Of a DNA stretch of 64,000 bases, positions 30,930 through 40,127 are shown in pieces (the stretch's first letter is position 1; every line of letters begins with the position of its first letter). This DNA comes from Roseibacillus sp. (lineage in GTDB: Bacteria > Verrucomicrobiota > Verrucomicrobiia > Verrucomicrobiales > Akkermansiaceae), in NCBI GenBank assembly GCA_051251855.1, contig JBPOGI010000001.1, forward strand, positions 1,120,001-1,184,000. Reading direction: 5' to 3'. A program made the translations under genes and the position numbers. The notes under the pieces were generated by a model that made no database searches, had not been told where the DNA came from, and saw nothing but the letters and a program-made list of their open reading frames with translations.

Positions 30930-31105
30930 GTTGATAAAAAATATGCATTATGATTTTATAAAAATCAAGAATTAAGTAAGCACTTCTTAATAGTCGTCTT
31001 TTGTTTGAAATCGACACTCTAGAAAACCCTCTATCTCCCCAGATACAAACAAACAGACACTTTTGGCGGCTGCAAAGTCACATTCCCTACCAGAAGATTC
31101 CTTAG

Positions 31106-31453
31106 ATGCATGACAAAACCTTATTCGAGAAAATCGTAGCTCGAGAGATTCCTAGTGAGATTATTTACGAGGATGACCTCGTTCTCTGCTTTCGTGATGT
31201 CGAGCCTCAAGCTCCAGTCCACCTTTTATTAATTCCCAAGAAGCCAATTCCCCGCATTGCAGCGACAACCGAGCAAGACGCCGAGCTTCTGGGACATCTC
31301 TTTACCCGAGTCCCACTCATTGCCAAGCAAGAGGGCTTCGAAGAGTCTGGATTCCGCGTAGTCGTCAACAATGGTCCTGACGGCGGCGAGACCGTCCCCC
31401 ACATGCATGTTCACATTCTCGCGGGGCGTCCTCTCTCTTGGCCTCCTGGTTAG
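31106..31453 (+). CDS. hinT: HIT-family nucleotide-binding protein (HinT-like)
   Basis: PQAPVHLLLIPK, HMHVHIL triad, WPPG end. Confidence 0.93.
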   Translation: MHDKTLFEKIVAREIPSEIIYEDDLVLCFRDVEPQAPVHLLLIPKKPIPRIAATTEQDAELLGHLFTRVPLIAKQEGFEESGFRVVVNNGPDGGETVPHMHVHILAGRPLSWPPG

Positions 31454-31547
31454 ACAAGTTGCGGTAAAACCCAATCTGTGATGCAACAGGAATTCCGGTA
31501 AAAACCTTGCTTGCAAGGGAGGAATCTGGAACCTCAGCCCCCGACAG

Positions 31548-33923
31548 ATGAACACCTCACTTTCTTGGCTCAATGACCACATCGACCTCGCGGGACTTTC
31601 CACTGCTGAGCTTTCAGATTTGCTCACCTTCTCTGGGATCGAAGTCGAGGGTATTGATTCCAAGGGAATCCCTTCCGAACTCATCGTCGTGGCCCAGATC
31701 AAAGAAGCGAACCCACATCCCGATGCAGACAAACTGAAAGTCTGTATGGTCGATGCAGGAGAAGCCGAACTTCGTCAAATCGTCTGTGGAGCCAAGAACT
31801 ACTCCGTTGGTGACAAGGTTCCCTGCGCTTTACCTGGCGCTGACCTCGGAGGCGGCTTCGTTATCAAAGAAGGTAAGCTCCGAGGAGTCCCTTCTTTGGG
31901 GATGCTTTGCGGTGCTTCAGAAATTGGAATGCCAGATGCCGAAGACGGCCTCATGATTTTACCGTCCGATTTCACTATCGGAGCCAAATTAGTCGATCTC
32001 TATCCTTCCGATACCGTCTTCGAGCTCGAGGTCACCCCCAACCGTCCCGACTCTCTTTCTCATCGAGGCGTCGCACGCGAGCTCTCTGTTCTTTCTAAGC
32101 GCGAACTCAAAAGCCCCGCCCCATCTCAAATTCAAACCCAATCCGCAGCGGTCTCTCTGCAGTCAGGCACTTGCCCCTATTACACTGCCACTCGCATCAG
32201 CGGCGTTCAGGTGACCGATTCTCCTGCTTGGCTCAAGTCCAAGCTCGAAGCCATTGGTCTTCGCCCCATCAACAACGTCGTTGATATCACCAACTACATT
32301 CTCCACGACCTCGGCCAACCCCTACACGCCTTCGACGCTGCCAAGGTCACTGGTAATCTCGTCATTCGCAATTCAACCGGAGGCGAAGTCTTCAAAGCGC
32401 TCGACGAAGCCGACTACACCCTCCTCACCGAAGATTGCGTGATTTCCGACGAGAGCAACGCCCTTCTTGCCCTCGCCGGCGTCATGGGAGGACTCGATTC
32501 CGGAGTCACCGAGTCCACCACCGACCTCATTCTCGAGTCCGCTTGGTTCACTCCCTCTGAGATTCGCAGCACCTCCCGTCGTCTCATTCTCACCTCGGAC
32601 TCGTCGTATCGCTTCGAACGCCAAGCCGATCCCGCCATGGTTCTTCCTGCCGCTGCTCGAGCCATCGAGCTCATCCTCGAACTCGCAGGAGGCACGGCCG
32701 AGCCAGTCAGCGTAGCGGGAGAAATCCCAGCTCGCTTTCCCTCCGTCGCCTTCCTCCCCGAGCAACTTACCCAAGTCAGCGCCGACAGTATCTCCGTTGA
32801 AGAAGCCAGCGCCTGTCTCACTCGACTCGGCCTCATCGACAACGGCGATGGCACTTGGAACATCCCCTCCAACCGTCCCGACCTCACTCGACCTATCGAC
32901 CTCATCGAAGAAGTAGTGCGCGTCATTGGCTTCGACCGCATCCCTGTTTCCACCCTCGCCCACACCGTCCCCAGCTCCGAAAGCGACCGATTTTACGATG
33001 CAGAGATTTCCGTAAAAAAACAACTCAGCTCATTGGGTTTCTATGAGTGCCAGACCATCAAGCTCATTTCCGAGAGTCAACTCGCAGATTTGCTCCCACT
33101 CAAGCCGTTGCAAGAAGCCGACTTCATTCGGGTCGCCCTTCCTCTCTCCGAAGATCACTCCGTGATGCGTCCGTCGATGGCACCCGGCCTCATCGCCTCC
33201 GCCGCCAACAACGCGCGCCAAGGCTCCAAAGCCATTCGTCTCTTCGAGGCCGGCCAATGCTTCCGCCACTTCGGCGGTGGAAAGAAAAAGGACAACGAGT
33301 TCCCTGTTCTCGGAATTCTCCAAACCGGTCAACTCACTCCTCCCACCTGGGCTCAGACAAATCCTGCCGAAAGCGACATCTTTGACCTCAAGGCCGTCCT
33401 TCAATCACTCGCCCCCAACGAGCCTCTCAGCTTCAAACCCAAGGACCTCGGCAACGACTATCTTCTCACCGCCACCATTCATCTCGGCGAAGCGAATGTC
33501 GGCGTGATTGGACGGCTTGCTCCTGCCCGATGCCGCGAACTCGACCTCCCTCTCGAAACCCACATTGCCGAACTTGATTTGGCAAAAGTAGTCAAGCTGG
33601 TCCAACAAGAGACCCCCGTCACCGACCTTCCGCAATTCCCTGGTTCCAGCCGTGATATTGCGATGGAGCTCCCTCTTGAACTACCGGCCGCAGACGTTGA
33701 GAACGCTCTCGCTAAATTCAAGGAACCGCTTTTGGTCTCCAGTCGCTGCGTGAGCCTATTCAGCGATGCTTCAGGCGAAAAAATCGCTGCTGACAAGAAG
33801 TCAGTCGCTTACAGTTTCCTCTATCGCTCCCCCGACAAAACCCTCAAGACCAAGGATGTCGATAAAGCACACCAAGCCCTGTTAGAGCATTTACAAAAGA
33901 GCCTCCCCGTCACCTTCCGTTAA
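31548..33923 (+). CDS. pheT: Phenylalanine--tRNA ligase beta subunit
   Basis: HPDADKL, IVCGA, TPNRPD, INNVVDITNY, SYRFER, DLIEEV, C-terminal anticodon-binding domain. Confidence 0.97.
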   Translation: MNTSLSWLNDHIDLAGLSTAELSDLLTFSGIEVEGIDSKGIPSELIVVAQIKEANPHPDADKLKVCMVDAGEAELRQIVCGAKNYSVGDKVPCALPGADLGGGFVIKEGKLRGVPSLGMLCGASEIGMPDAEDGLMILPSDFTIGAKLVDLYPSDTVFELEVTPNRPDSLSHRGVARELSVLSKRELKSPAPSQIQTQSAAVSLQSGTCPYYTATRISGVQVTDSPAWLKSKLEAIGLRPINNVVDITNYILHDLGQPLHAFDAAKVTGNLVIRNSTGGEVFKALDEADYTLLTEDCVISDESNALLALAGVMGGLDSGVTESTTDLILESAWFTPSEIRSTSRRLILTSDSSYRFERQADPAMVLPAAARAIELILELAGGTAEPVSVAGEIPARFPSVAFLPEQLTQVSADSISVEEASACLTRLGLIDNGDGTWNIPSNRPDLTRPIDLIEEVVRVIGFDRIPVSTLAHTVPSSESDRFYDAEISVKKQLSSLGFYECQTIKLISESQLADLLPLKPLQEADFIRVALPLSEDHSVMRPSMAPGLIASAANNARQGSKAIRLFEAGQCFRHFGGGKKKDNEFPVLGILQTGQLTPPTWAQTNPAESDIFDLKAVLQSLAPNEPLSFKPKDLGNDYLLTATIHLGEANVGVIGRLAPARCRELDLPLETHIAELDLAKVVKLVQQETPVTDLPQFPGSSRDIAMELPLELPAADVENALAKFKEPLLVSSRCVSLFSDASGEKIAADKKSVAYSFLYRSPDKTLKTKDVDKAHQALLEHLQKSLPVTFR

Positions 33924-33964
33924 AGGGAGTGAGTGACCTCTTCATTCTTTAAAAGGGACTGACC

Positions 33965-33998
33965 AAAAAGCCCCACCACTTCGTAAAGTGGCAGGGCT
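33965..33998 (-). terminator. Rho-independent terminator
   Basis: Minus strand AGCCCTGCCACTT-TACG-AAGTGGTGGGGCT then T run (UNCG loop). Confidence 0.8.
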
Positions 33999-34032
33999 AG
34001 AAATTGCTCTGAAAGCTTATCAGGGTTGAAGC

Positions 34033-34449
34033 TTACTCTCCCTCCTCAATATACTCTTCGTGACCGTCCTTGCGGGATTTCTTCACGAGGTCCATCGCAT
34101 CGTCAATCTTATCCTGGTCCTCAGAAAGATAGGCTATCTCTAAACCACAGAGGGTCTGGTAAGAAGCCGCGAGGGTCTTCTTGTAATTCGCTAAAGCAAC
34201 TTGCTTCTCTTTTCCATCCGGCATCTTTTCAATCAGAGCAGGGACAAAAGCAAAGGTCTCCAGCAACTGCGTCTGCGCTTGGCGCACGAGTTCCAAGCAT
34301 TTGGCAAAGTCACCATCGGCGCGGCGTAGCATCTTCAATGAGCCACTCACTTCGTCCATTTTCTCAGCAAGAGGGGTATCGTCAGCCGAGCCCACTCCGG
34401 TTGCGAGAAACGAACTAGCTACAATTGCGTAAAAGTATTTTTTCATCAT
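34033..34449 (-). CDS. Cytochrome b562-like periplasmic four-helix protein
   Basis: Signal peptide; LAEKMDEV near mature N-terminus and RKDGHEEY at C-terminus match the Met/His haem ligand positions of b562. Confidence 0.7.
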   Translation of the reverse strand: MMKKYFYAIVASSFLATGVGSADDTPLAEKMDEVSGSLKMLRRADGDFAKCLELVRQAQTQLLETFAFVPALIEKMPDGKEKQVALANYKKTLAASYQTLCGLEIAYLSEDQDKIDDAMDLVKKSRKDGHEEYIEEGE

Positions 34450-34485
34450 CGAGGTGCATATACGAAGCCATCGCACATCGATCTG

Positions 34486-35466
34486 TCAACCTTGTCGCAA
34501 GAAAAGCCAGACAAAATAGATAAGGTAGCCCGTCACAAGAATTCCCCCCTCCAATCGCGAAAGAGACTTACGGGAAAGCATAAGAGGAAAGGCCAGAAGA
34601 GTCACCCCACCCATGACAGCCAAATCAACATTCTGCAGCGAACCCGCATCCAAGGGAGCAATCGTCGCTGTAATACCAACCACTGCCAAAATATTGAAAA
34701 TACAGGACCCTACCACGTTGCCCGTAACCAAATCTCCCTCCCCCTTGAGCGAAGCGACCGTTACCGTCGCAACCTCAGGCAAAGAGGTTCCGAAGGAAAC
34801 CAAGGTCAGCGCGATCACTGCCGGCGGAATTCCCATCACCATCGCAATCTCACTTCCTCCAAAAACCAATCGATCGGCACCAAATCCCAGCGCTGCCAGC
34901 CCCAACAAAATAAAAGCCAAGTCCTTCAAGAAGAGTCCCGGACCAGCCTTCTTCAGGGCCGCAATTTCTTCCTCAGTGATATCGAGGTCAATTTCCACCT
35001 CTTCACCCTTTTTTCCCCGTCGTATGCTACTCACCGTATAAAGCACGACCCCTGCAGCCAGAAGCGCTCCTTCCCAGCGAGCAATCGCTCCGTCCAAGAG
35101 CATCACGACAAAAACAATCGACGCGCCAATCAAAATCGGCATCTCACGCTTCAACACCTGACGATGAATCCCCAACGGCTTAATCAGAGCGGCAATTCCC
35201 AGCACCAAGGCAAGGTTGCAGATATTAGAGCCCACCACATTTCCCAGCGCAAAATCCCCTTGTGGAGGAGTTTTCATATTCGCGCTCACACTCACTAACA
35301 GCTCAGGAGCACTTGTCCCAAAGGCCACTACTGTGAGTCCCACAACAAGTGGGGAGATACCCACTCGTAGCGCCAACTCGCTACTGCCCTTCACCAGCCA
35401 TTCTGCCCCGTAATACAAAAGAACGAGTCCCAAAATAACCCAGCCACTATAGACAAGAATTTCCAC
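34486..35466 (-). CDS. Calcium/sodium antiporter (CaCA, YrbG-like)
   Basis: Two alpha repeats GTSAPE/GNVVGSNICN and GTSLPE/GNVVGS; GTG start. Confidence 0.93.
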   Translation of the reverse strand: MEILVYSGWVILGLVLLYYGAEWLVKGSSELALRVGISPLVVGLTVVAFGTSAPELLVSVSANMKTPPQGDFALGNVVGSNICNLALVLGIAALIKPLGIHRQVLKREMPILIGASIVFVVMLLDGAIARWEGALLAAGVVLYTVSSIRRGKKGEEVEIDLDITEEEIAALKKAGPGLFLKDLAFILLGLAALGFGADRLVFGGSEIAMVMGIPPAVIALTLVSFGTSLPEVATVTVASLKGEGDLVTGNVVGSCIFNILAVVGITATIAPLDAGSLQNVDLAVMGGVTLLAFPLMLSRKSLSRLEGGILVTGYLIYFVWLFLRQG

Positions 35467-35526
35467 GGCAGTAGTCTTCGCACCCTTTCTACTGCTCGCA
35501 ATGGTAAAGGATGGCAAAGCGAAAAA

Positions 35527-36438
35527 TCACCGCGCCGAATCCAGCACTACAATCTTCTCATACAAAGCCCTCATCCGAGGCACCTCCACACCTGCAGCCT
35601 CCGCCCGTCGAACAGGCTCTCCCCAAATCGCCTCCACCTCCAGCGGCAATTCCCTCACGTAATCCAACATACTTGACGGCTTGTAGGGCCCCATCGGGCG
35701 CGTGATTTCAATCTGATTCACCAAAAAATCATCTGAAATCTCGTGACCCAGCGCCGAAGCTGCGGCCTGCACCTCCTTCATCAACATCATCACCTCATCC
35801 TCTTTCCCCGGCAGCGATAAGAGCTTTTCGGTGTCAATCCCCCCTTCGGCCACGCAAAGACCATTGAAGGGGATATTCCACACGAGCTTTCGCCATTGCG
35901 CTTCTGACAAATCAGCGGCCAACCGCACCTCGACCTTTTCCCCAAAAAGATCCGGCATTTCATCCAGTATTCCCGTTGGCGAAGGTTCTCCAATCGACAC
36001 CATTCCCCCGCCACTATGAACAATCGTCCCAGCTGCAGTCCGATTAATACAGACAAAACAAAGCCCACCCAGCACGCGCCCCCTTCCAAAGAGATTCTCC
36101 AGAAGCTCCACGTTACCCAGCCCATTTTGCAACGTCAGGATCCGACTCTCTTCGTGTAACAATGGAGCGATTACCGCCTCTGCATTCTCATTGGCCGTCG
36201 CCTTCCAAGCTAACACCACCAAATCAACGGGCCCCATCTCTTCCGCACTTTGAAAAATCTGAGGCGACTCCACTACAAAGTCCCCCGCCACACTCTGAAT
36301 CTCAAACCCCTTTCTCTTTACCTCCTCAAAATCGCTTCTCAGCAAAAACCGCACATCATACCCCGCCTGCACCATTCGGCAGCCATAGTAGCTTCCCACC
36401 GCGCCAGCGCCCACAATTGCAATAGATCCAATCCCCAT
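35527..36438 (-). CDS. panE: 2-dehydropantoate 2-reductase (ApbA/PanE family)
   Basis: GAGAVG, LQNGLG, WRKLVWNIPFN, SSMLD, LEVEAI. Confidence 0.9.
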   Translation of the reverse strand: MGIGSIAIVGAGAVGSYYGCRMVQAGYDVRFLLRSDFEEVKRKGFEIQSVAGDFVVESPQIFQSAEEMGPVDLVVLAWKATANENAEAVIAPLLHEESRILTLQNGLGNVELLENLFGRGRVLGGLCFVCINRTAAGTIVHSGGGMVSIGEPSPTGILDEMPDLFGEKVEVRLAADLSEAQWRKLVWNIPFNGLCVAEGGIDTEKLLSLPGKEDEVMMLMKEVQAAASALGHEISDDFLVNQIEITRPMGPYKPSSMLDYVRELPLEVEAIWGEPVRRAEAAGVEVPRMRALYEKIVVLDSAR

Positions 36439-36550
36439 CCCCGAAGAAGAACCAATCCCCTTCGAAAATCAACCACCCTAACCCCAAAATTTTCAGATCG
36501 AGAGTAGACGTGCCCTCTCTCCTATTCAAAATTCCCTTCACTCCCGAATC

Positions 36551-37774
36551 ATGACCTATTCCGAAGCAATCGACTGGCTCTACTCCACCCAGAGCTTCGG
36601 CATTAAACTCGGGCTCGATAACCCCACTCGCCTTCTCCGCGAATTTCTCGCCTTCCCCAAGCACACCACCAAGGTCATTCAAGTCGCCGGTACCAACGGC
36701 AAAGGCTCCACCTGCGCCTTTATCGATTCTCTCGCCCGAGCCACCAGCGCGCGCACCGGTCTCTTCACCTCTCCTCATCTCGTCAGCTATCGCGAGCGCA
36801 TCCAAGTCATCGGCCAACAAATGCCCGAAGAAGAGATCGCAAAGGGCCTCACCGAGCTCAAAGAACTGGTCAAGGGCTGGAAGCATCATCCCACCTTTTT
36901 CGAACTCACCCTTGCCCTCGCCATGCGCTACTTCCGTGAGCAGGACTGCGAGCTCATCATTCTCGAAGTAGGCATGGGAGGCCGCTTTGACGCCACCTCC
37001 GCCGTTCCTGCCGACGTCACCGTCCTGACGCCCATCGACCTCGATCACCAGCAATGGCTCGGTGACACTCTCGCAAAAATCGCCTCTGAAAAGTCCGCCA
37101 TCTTCCGCGAGGGCAAGCCAGCTGTCACTTCCTCACAAGCTCCCGAAGCCACCACCGTCATCGAGCAAACCGCTAATCAAACTCGTGCACCACTTACATG
37201 GGTGCATAAACCTCTCCTAGGCTATCCTCTCGGAATCCTAGGCGAGCACCAAGCGCACAACGCCGCCCTCGCCCTCGAGGCCCTGCACCGTGCCGGTTAT
37301 CAGCTCAACTACGACACCGTCCTCACCGGAGTCTCCAAAGCCACTCATCCCGGACGCTTCGAAGTCGTAAAAACTGTCGAAAACCAGACCTTCATCTTCG
37401 ACATTGCTCACAATCCTCATGCTATTAGGAGTCTCGTCTCAAGTCTGAGGCAGCTCTATCCACAATCGAACCCTACTCTCATCTTCGGAGCCGCCGGTTC
37501 CAAAGAAATCGCACCCATGCTCGGAATGCTTTCCGAAGTCGTCGGCGACATTCACTTCACTCCCATCAACTCCCCTCGCAGCACACCTACCGAGGAACTT
37601 CTCGCCGCCCTACCTGAAAATCCTCAAGCAGAAGCAACTCAGCATACTTCTCTAAAACAGGCGCTCGAAGCATGCTCGCAAAAGCCTCTCATCCTCATCA
37701 CCGGCTCCGCCTTCCTCGTAGGCGAAGCCAAAGCAAGTCTCTCATCCGAACCACACCATGCATCAAGCCAATAG
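36551..37774 (+). CDS. folC: Folylpolyglutamate synthase/dihydrofolate synthase
   Basis: VAGTNGKGS, FTSPHL, EVGMGGRFDAT, PGRFE, DIAHNP. Confidence 0.96.
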   Translation: MTYSEAIDWLYSTQSFGIKLGLDNPTRLLREFLAFPKHTTKVIQVAGTNGKGSTCAFIDSLARATSARTGLFTSPHLVSYRERIQVIGQQMPEEEIAKGLTELKELVKGWKHHPTFFELTLALAMRYFREQDCELIILEVGMGGRFDATSAVPADVTVLTPIDLDHQQWLGDTLAKIASEKSAIFREGKPAVTSSQAPEATTVIEQTANQTRAPLTWVHKPLLGYPLGILGEHQAHNAALALEALHRAGYQLNYDTVLTGVSKATHPGRFEVVKTVENQTFIFDIAHNPHAIRSLVSSLRQLYPQSNPTLIFGAAGSKEIAPMLGMLSEVVGDIHFTPINSPRSTPTEELLAALPENPQAEATQHTSLKQALEACSQKPLILITGSAFLVGEAKASLSSEPHHASSQ

Positions 37775-37813
37775 CGAACGAAAGTTTTCTAGGGAGCGTC
37801 GATTTCGACAGCG

Positions 37814-39436
37814 CTACTCCGCCTGATGAATTGTCACCTGGGTGAACGGAATGCCCCATTCCTTCTCATTACACACCTCAACACAAATCCGCTGAATCGC
37901 TCTCTTCAGCTTCTCATAGCGGTCCGCAGCCTCTCCTTTAAAGTCCGCCATAATGGCGTAATCCAGCGATGATGCCCCAGCAGACGCAAATTCAACATTC
38001 ACCGAGTTCAACTGCTCGCGGTCTGCTAATACCTCAACCAACCCTGCCGCTAACTTAGCCTTAAAAATCGCCGCGACCTCCGTCGTCGCGATTGCTTGAT
38101 GCGCATAGTCGATCCCGAATATCGCTTTCACTCGAAAACTCTTCGAAAGATTGGCCGGCGCCAGCGCCAGAAAGTCGGGAGTAAGATACGTCTCCCGCGT
38201 TCCTCCCAGTCGCACCAGCTGCACATACTCCGGAGTCTGCGTCACCACCTTACCCATCGCATCATTCGCCAGAACCCAATCTCCCGTCTTCGTCGGAAAC
38301 CACGATTCAGAAGGATCATGCGGACGGGAGCGAAGCGTGCTCAACCTCTTAATCGACATCCGAATCAATCCCCCCGTGAGTTCACAATTTCTCAACTCCG
38401 TATAAATCCCTATTGTTCCCACCTCCCACGGAACTCCCTCAAAGGTCAGTCGCTCTCCTTTTCTAACAGGACCCAAATTCAAGAGCATCTTCGTCTGCTC
38501 AAACGTCTTCGGAATCGTGCTCTTCGCCGTCCATCCCAGTCCCACTAGCAAGACGATCGCCAGAGTCAGCAGCAGCCAATCACCACTAAAATAGAGCACA
38601 AACAGAGCCGCTACCGCCGCCAGACCCCCCGAAATCACCACCGCGCTCAATTCCAGCAATCGCCAACCAAAGGCCCCATGATTCTGCTTTCGAACCAGAG
38701 GCAGCTTGCCAATCATACGCCACAACCAACGCAAGAAGAGCCAAGTTCCCGCCAAGGCGCCCACCGCCTTCAGAAGATTCAACCCTCGCCCTTTAAAGAA
38801 ACTCTCAAAAGCATCACTGACGGGCTTCAACACCGGCTCCTTCTCTGCCTCCTGCTGCTCCATCTGAACCGCCAAGGCTTCTAACTGCCCCTCGGCATCG
38901 TTCTGTCGTCCCTTCCACAATTCCCTCAACTCCTCGATCCGCTGCCCCGTTGACGACTCCGTGCCCCCGTTCCATCGAGAAAGACGTTCTAGGGCATTCT
39001 TGGCTAATTCAGCCTGTTCGCTCAGCCTTTGTTCGCGTGCCCTGAGCATCTCTGTTTCGCGTGGACGCTCAGTAGCCTTCTTCATCGCCCTCACCCCGGG
39101 TCGCAGAATTTCCTTCACCTCTTCTGCCAAATCTAAATTGGCCTCTTCCGCTGTTTTTAAGTCCTCACCCCGCACCCCCGTTGCCAGCTCATCGAATTGA
39201 TTCTTCAGCTCGTCGAGCCGGGCCGCCAACTCCGTCTCTCGCCCTTGGGCCGTTTCCACATCTTCCTGAGTGGTCTTCCCTCCCAACTTCACATCCCTTA
39301 CCAACGAAAGAGCGCTACTCGTGTCATCGATTACTCCCGCGAGTTTCACCAATGTCTCCGCCGTCTTATCATCAACCTCACTATCCGCCCATAGGAGCGC
39401 AAAGCTGAGAAACCAAAGGAAAAAAGGGACACGCAT
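37814..39436 (-). CDS. MscS-family mechanosensitive channel-like protein with periplasmic coiled coil
   Basis: Signal peptide, coiled coil, 3 TMs, GPVRKGER beta domain, GIPFTQVTIH end; start moved to 39436 because a terminator occupies 39484-39521. Confidence 0.8.
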   Translation of the reverse strand: MRVPFFLWFLSFALLWADSEVDDKTAETLVKLAGVIDDTSSALSLVRDVKLGGKTTQEDVETAQGRETELAARLDELKNQFDELATGVRGEDLKTAEEANLDLAEEVKEILRPGVRAMKKATERPRETEMLRAREQRLSEQAELAKNALERLSRWNGGTESSTGQRIEELRELWKGRQNDAEGQLEALAVQMEQQEAEKEPVLKPVSDAFESFFKGRGLNLLKAVGALAGTWLFLRWLWRMIGKLPLVRKQNHGAFGWRLLELSAVVISGGLAAVAALFVLYFSGDWLLLTLAIVLLVGLGWTAKSTIPKTFEQTKMLLNLGPVRKGERLTFEGVPWEVGTIGIYTELRNCELTGGLIRMSIKRLSTLRSRPHDPSESWFPTKTGDWVLANDAMGKVVTQTPEYVQLVRLGGTRETYLTPDFLALAPANLSKSFRVKAIFGIDYAHQAIATTEVAAIFKAKLAAGLVEVLADREQLNSVNVEFASAGASSLDYAIMADFKGEAADRYEKLKRAIQRICVEVCNEKEWGIPFTQVTIHQAE

Positions 39437-39483
39437 CAGCAGAAGAATAGAACCGAGCTCAATCAGCAACAAGACCCCAACCG

Positions 39484-39521
39484 AAAAAAAAGAGGCCGTC
39501 CTCCAACCGGAAGACGACCTC
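39484..39521 (-). terminator. Rho-independent terminator of the ylbF-like gene
   Basis: Minus strand GAGGTCGTCTTCC-GGTT-GGAGGACGGCCTC then T8. Confidence 0.9.
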
Positions 39522-39532
39522 AGAAATTTAAA

Positions 39533-39555
39533 CACTGGCCGACCGGCCAGAAGTG
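39533..39555 (-). promoter_or_regulatory. Candidate bacterial SECIS element
   Basis: CTGGCC-GGTC-GGCCAG hairpin, loop starts 22 nt after the UGA at 39566-39568. Confidence 0.7.
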
Positions 39556-39556
39556 A

Positions 39557-39997
39557 TTAGCAGCCTCATCCGCCGCCGCCGCCTTCGGCATCACCGCCAC
39601 CGCAGCAGCCGTCATCTTGAGAAGCAAAGTCCTCACTTGTCGGAACCCGCCCAAGCTCAAGAGTCATCCCCACATACTTGCCAATACTTCCCTGCAAAGT
39701 CTGCAGCGCCTGCTGAGCGTTCAAAAAGCTGGTCGCTACCGGATTTTGGAAAAGAGCTTCGCGAGCGGTCTCGAACTCCTTAATCTCAGTCTCTGCTAAC
39801 TGAAGACCAGCCTGCTGCTTCTGATTGAGTTCGTCGCCCCACTCCTGCACTTTGCGAAAGCCGTCACGAGCCGTATCATCCGCAAAAAATGCCTCTACAT
39901 CCTTCTGCAAAGCACTGAATTCGGCATCTCCAGCAATCGCCGCGCAAAGCTCGCGCGTCTTCTCCATAACAGGTGAACTGTCTTCCAAGATATTCAT
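39557..39997 (-). CDS. YlbF/YmcA (RicF/RicA) family protein, predicted selenoprotein ending GGG-U-GC
   Basis: All-helical YlbF-like body (KTRELCAAI, NPVATSFLNAQ); tail CCGGGDAEGGGGG-TGA-GGC-TGC-TAA; SECIS-like hairpin follows. Confidence 0.78.
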
Positions 39998-40127
39998 CGG
40001 GCGGGACGCTAACGGGCATCCTCGCCCCCCGCAACCCGCGATTTCGCCAATTTCTGACCATTTTGAGGCAAACTTTTCGGATGCGAAACCGAGAAGAAAC
40101 GCTATTCTTTGCGCGTAGGACTATATC

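Noticed and set aside
34033..36438. panE, antiporter and cytochrome b562 genes are in one frame separated only by TGA codons
   Set aside because: Each protein is complete, the last has its own signal peptide, the UGAs are not at Cys positions and no SECIS-like hairpin follows; probably chance
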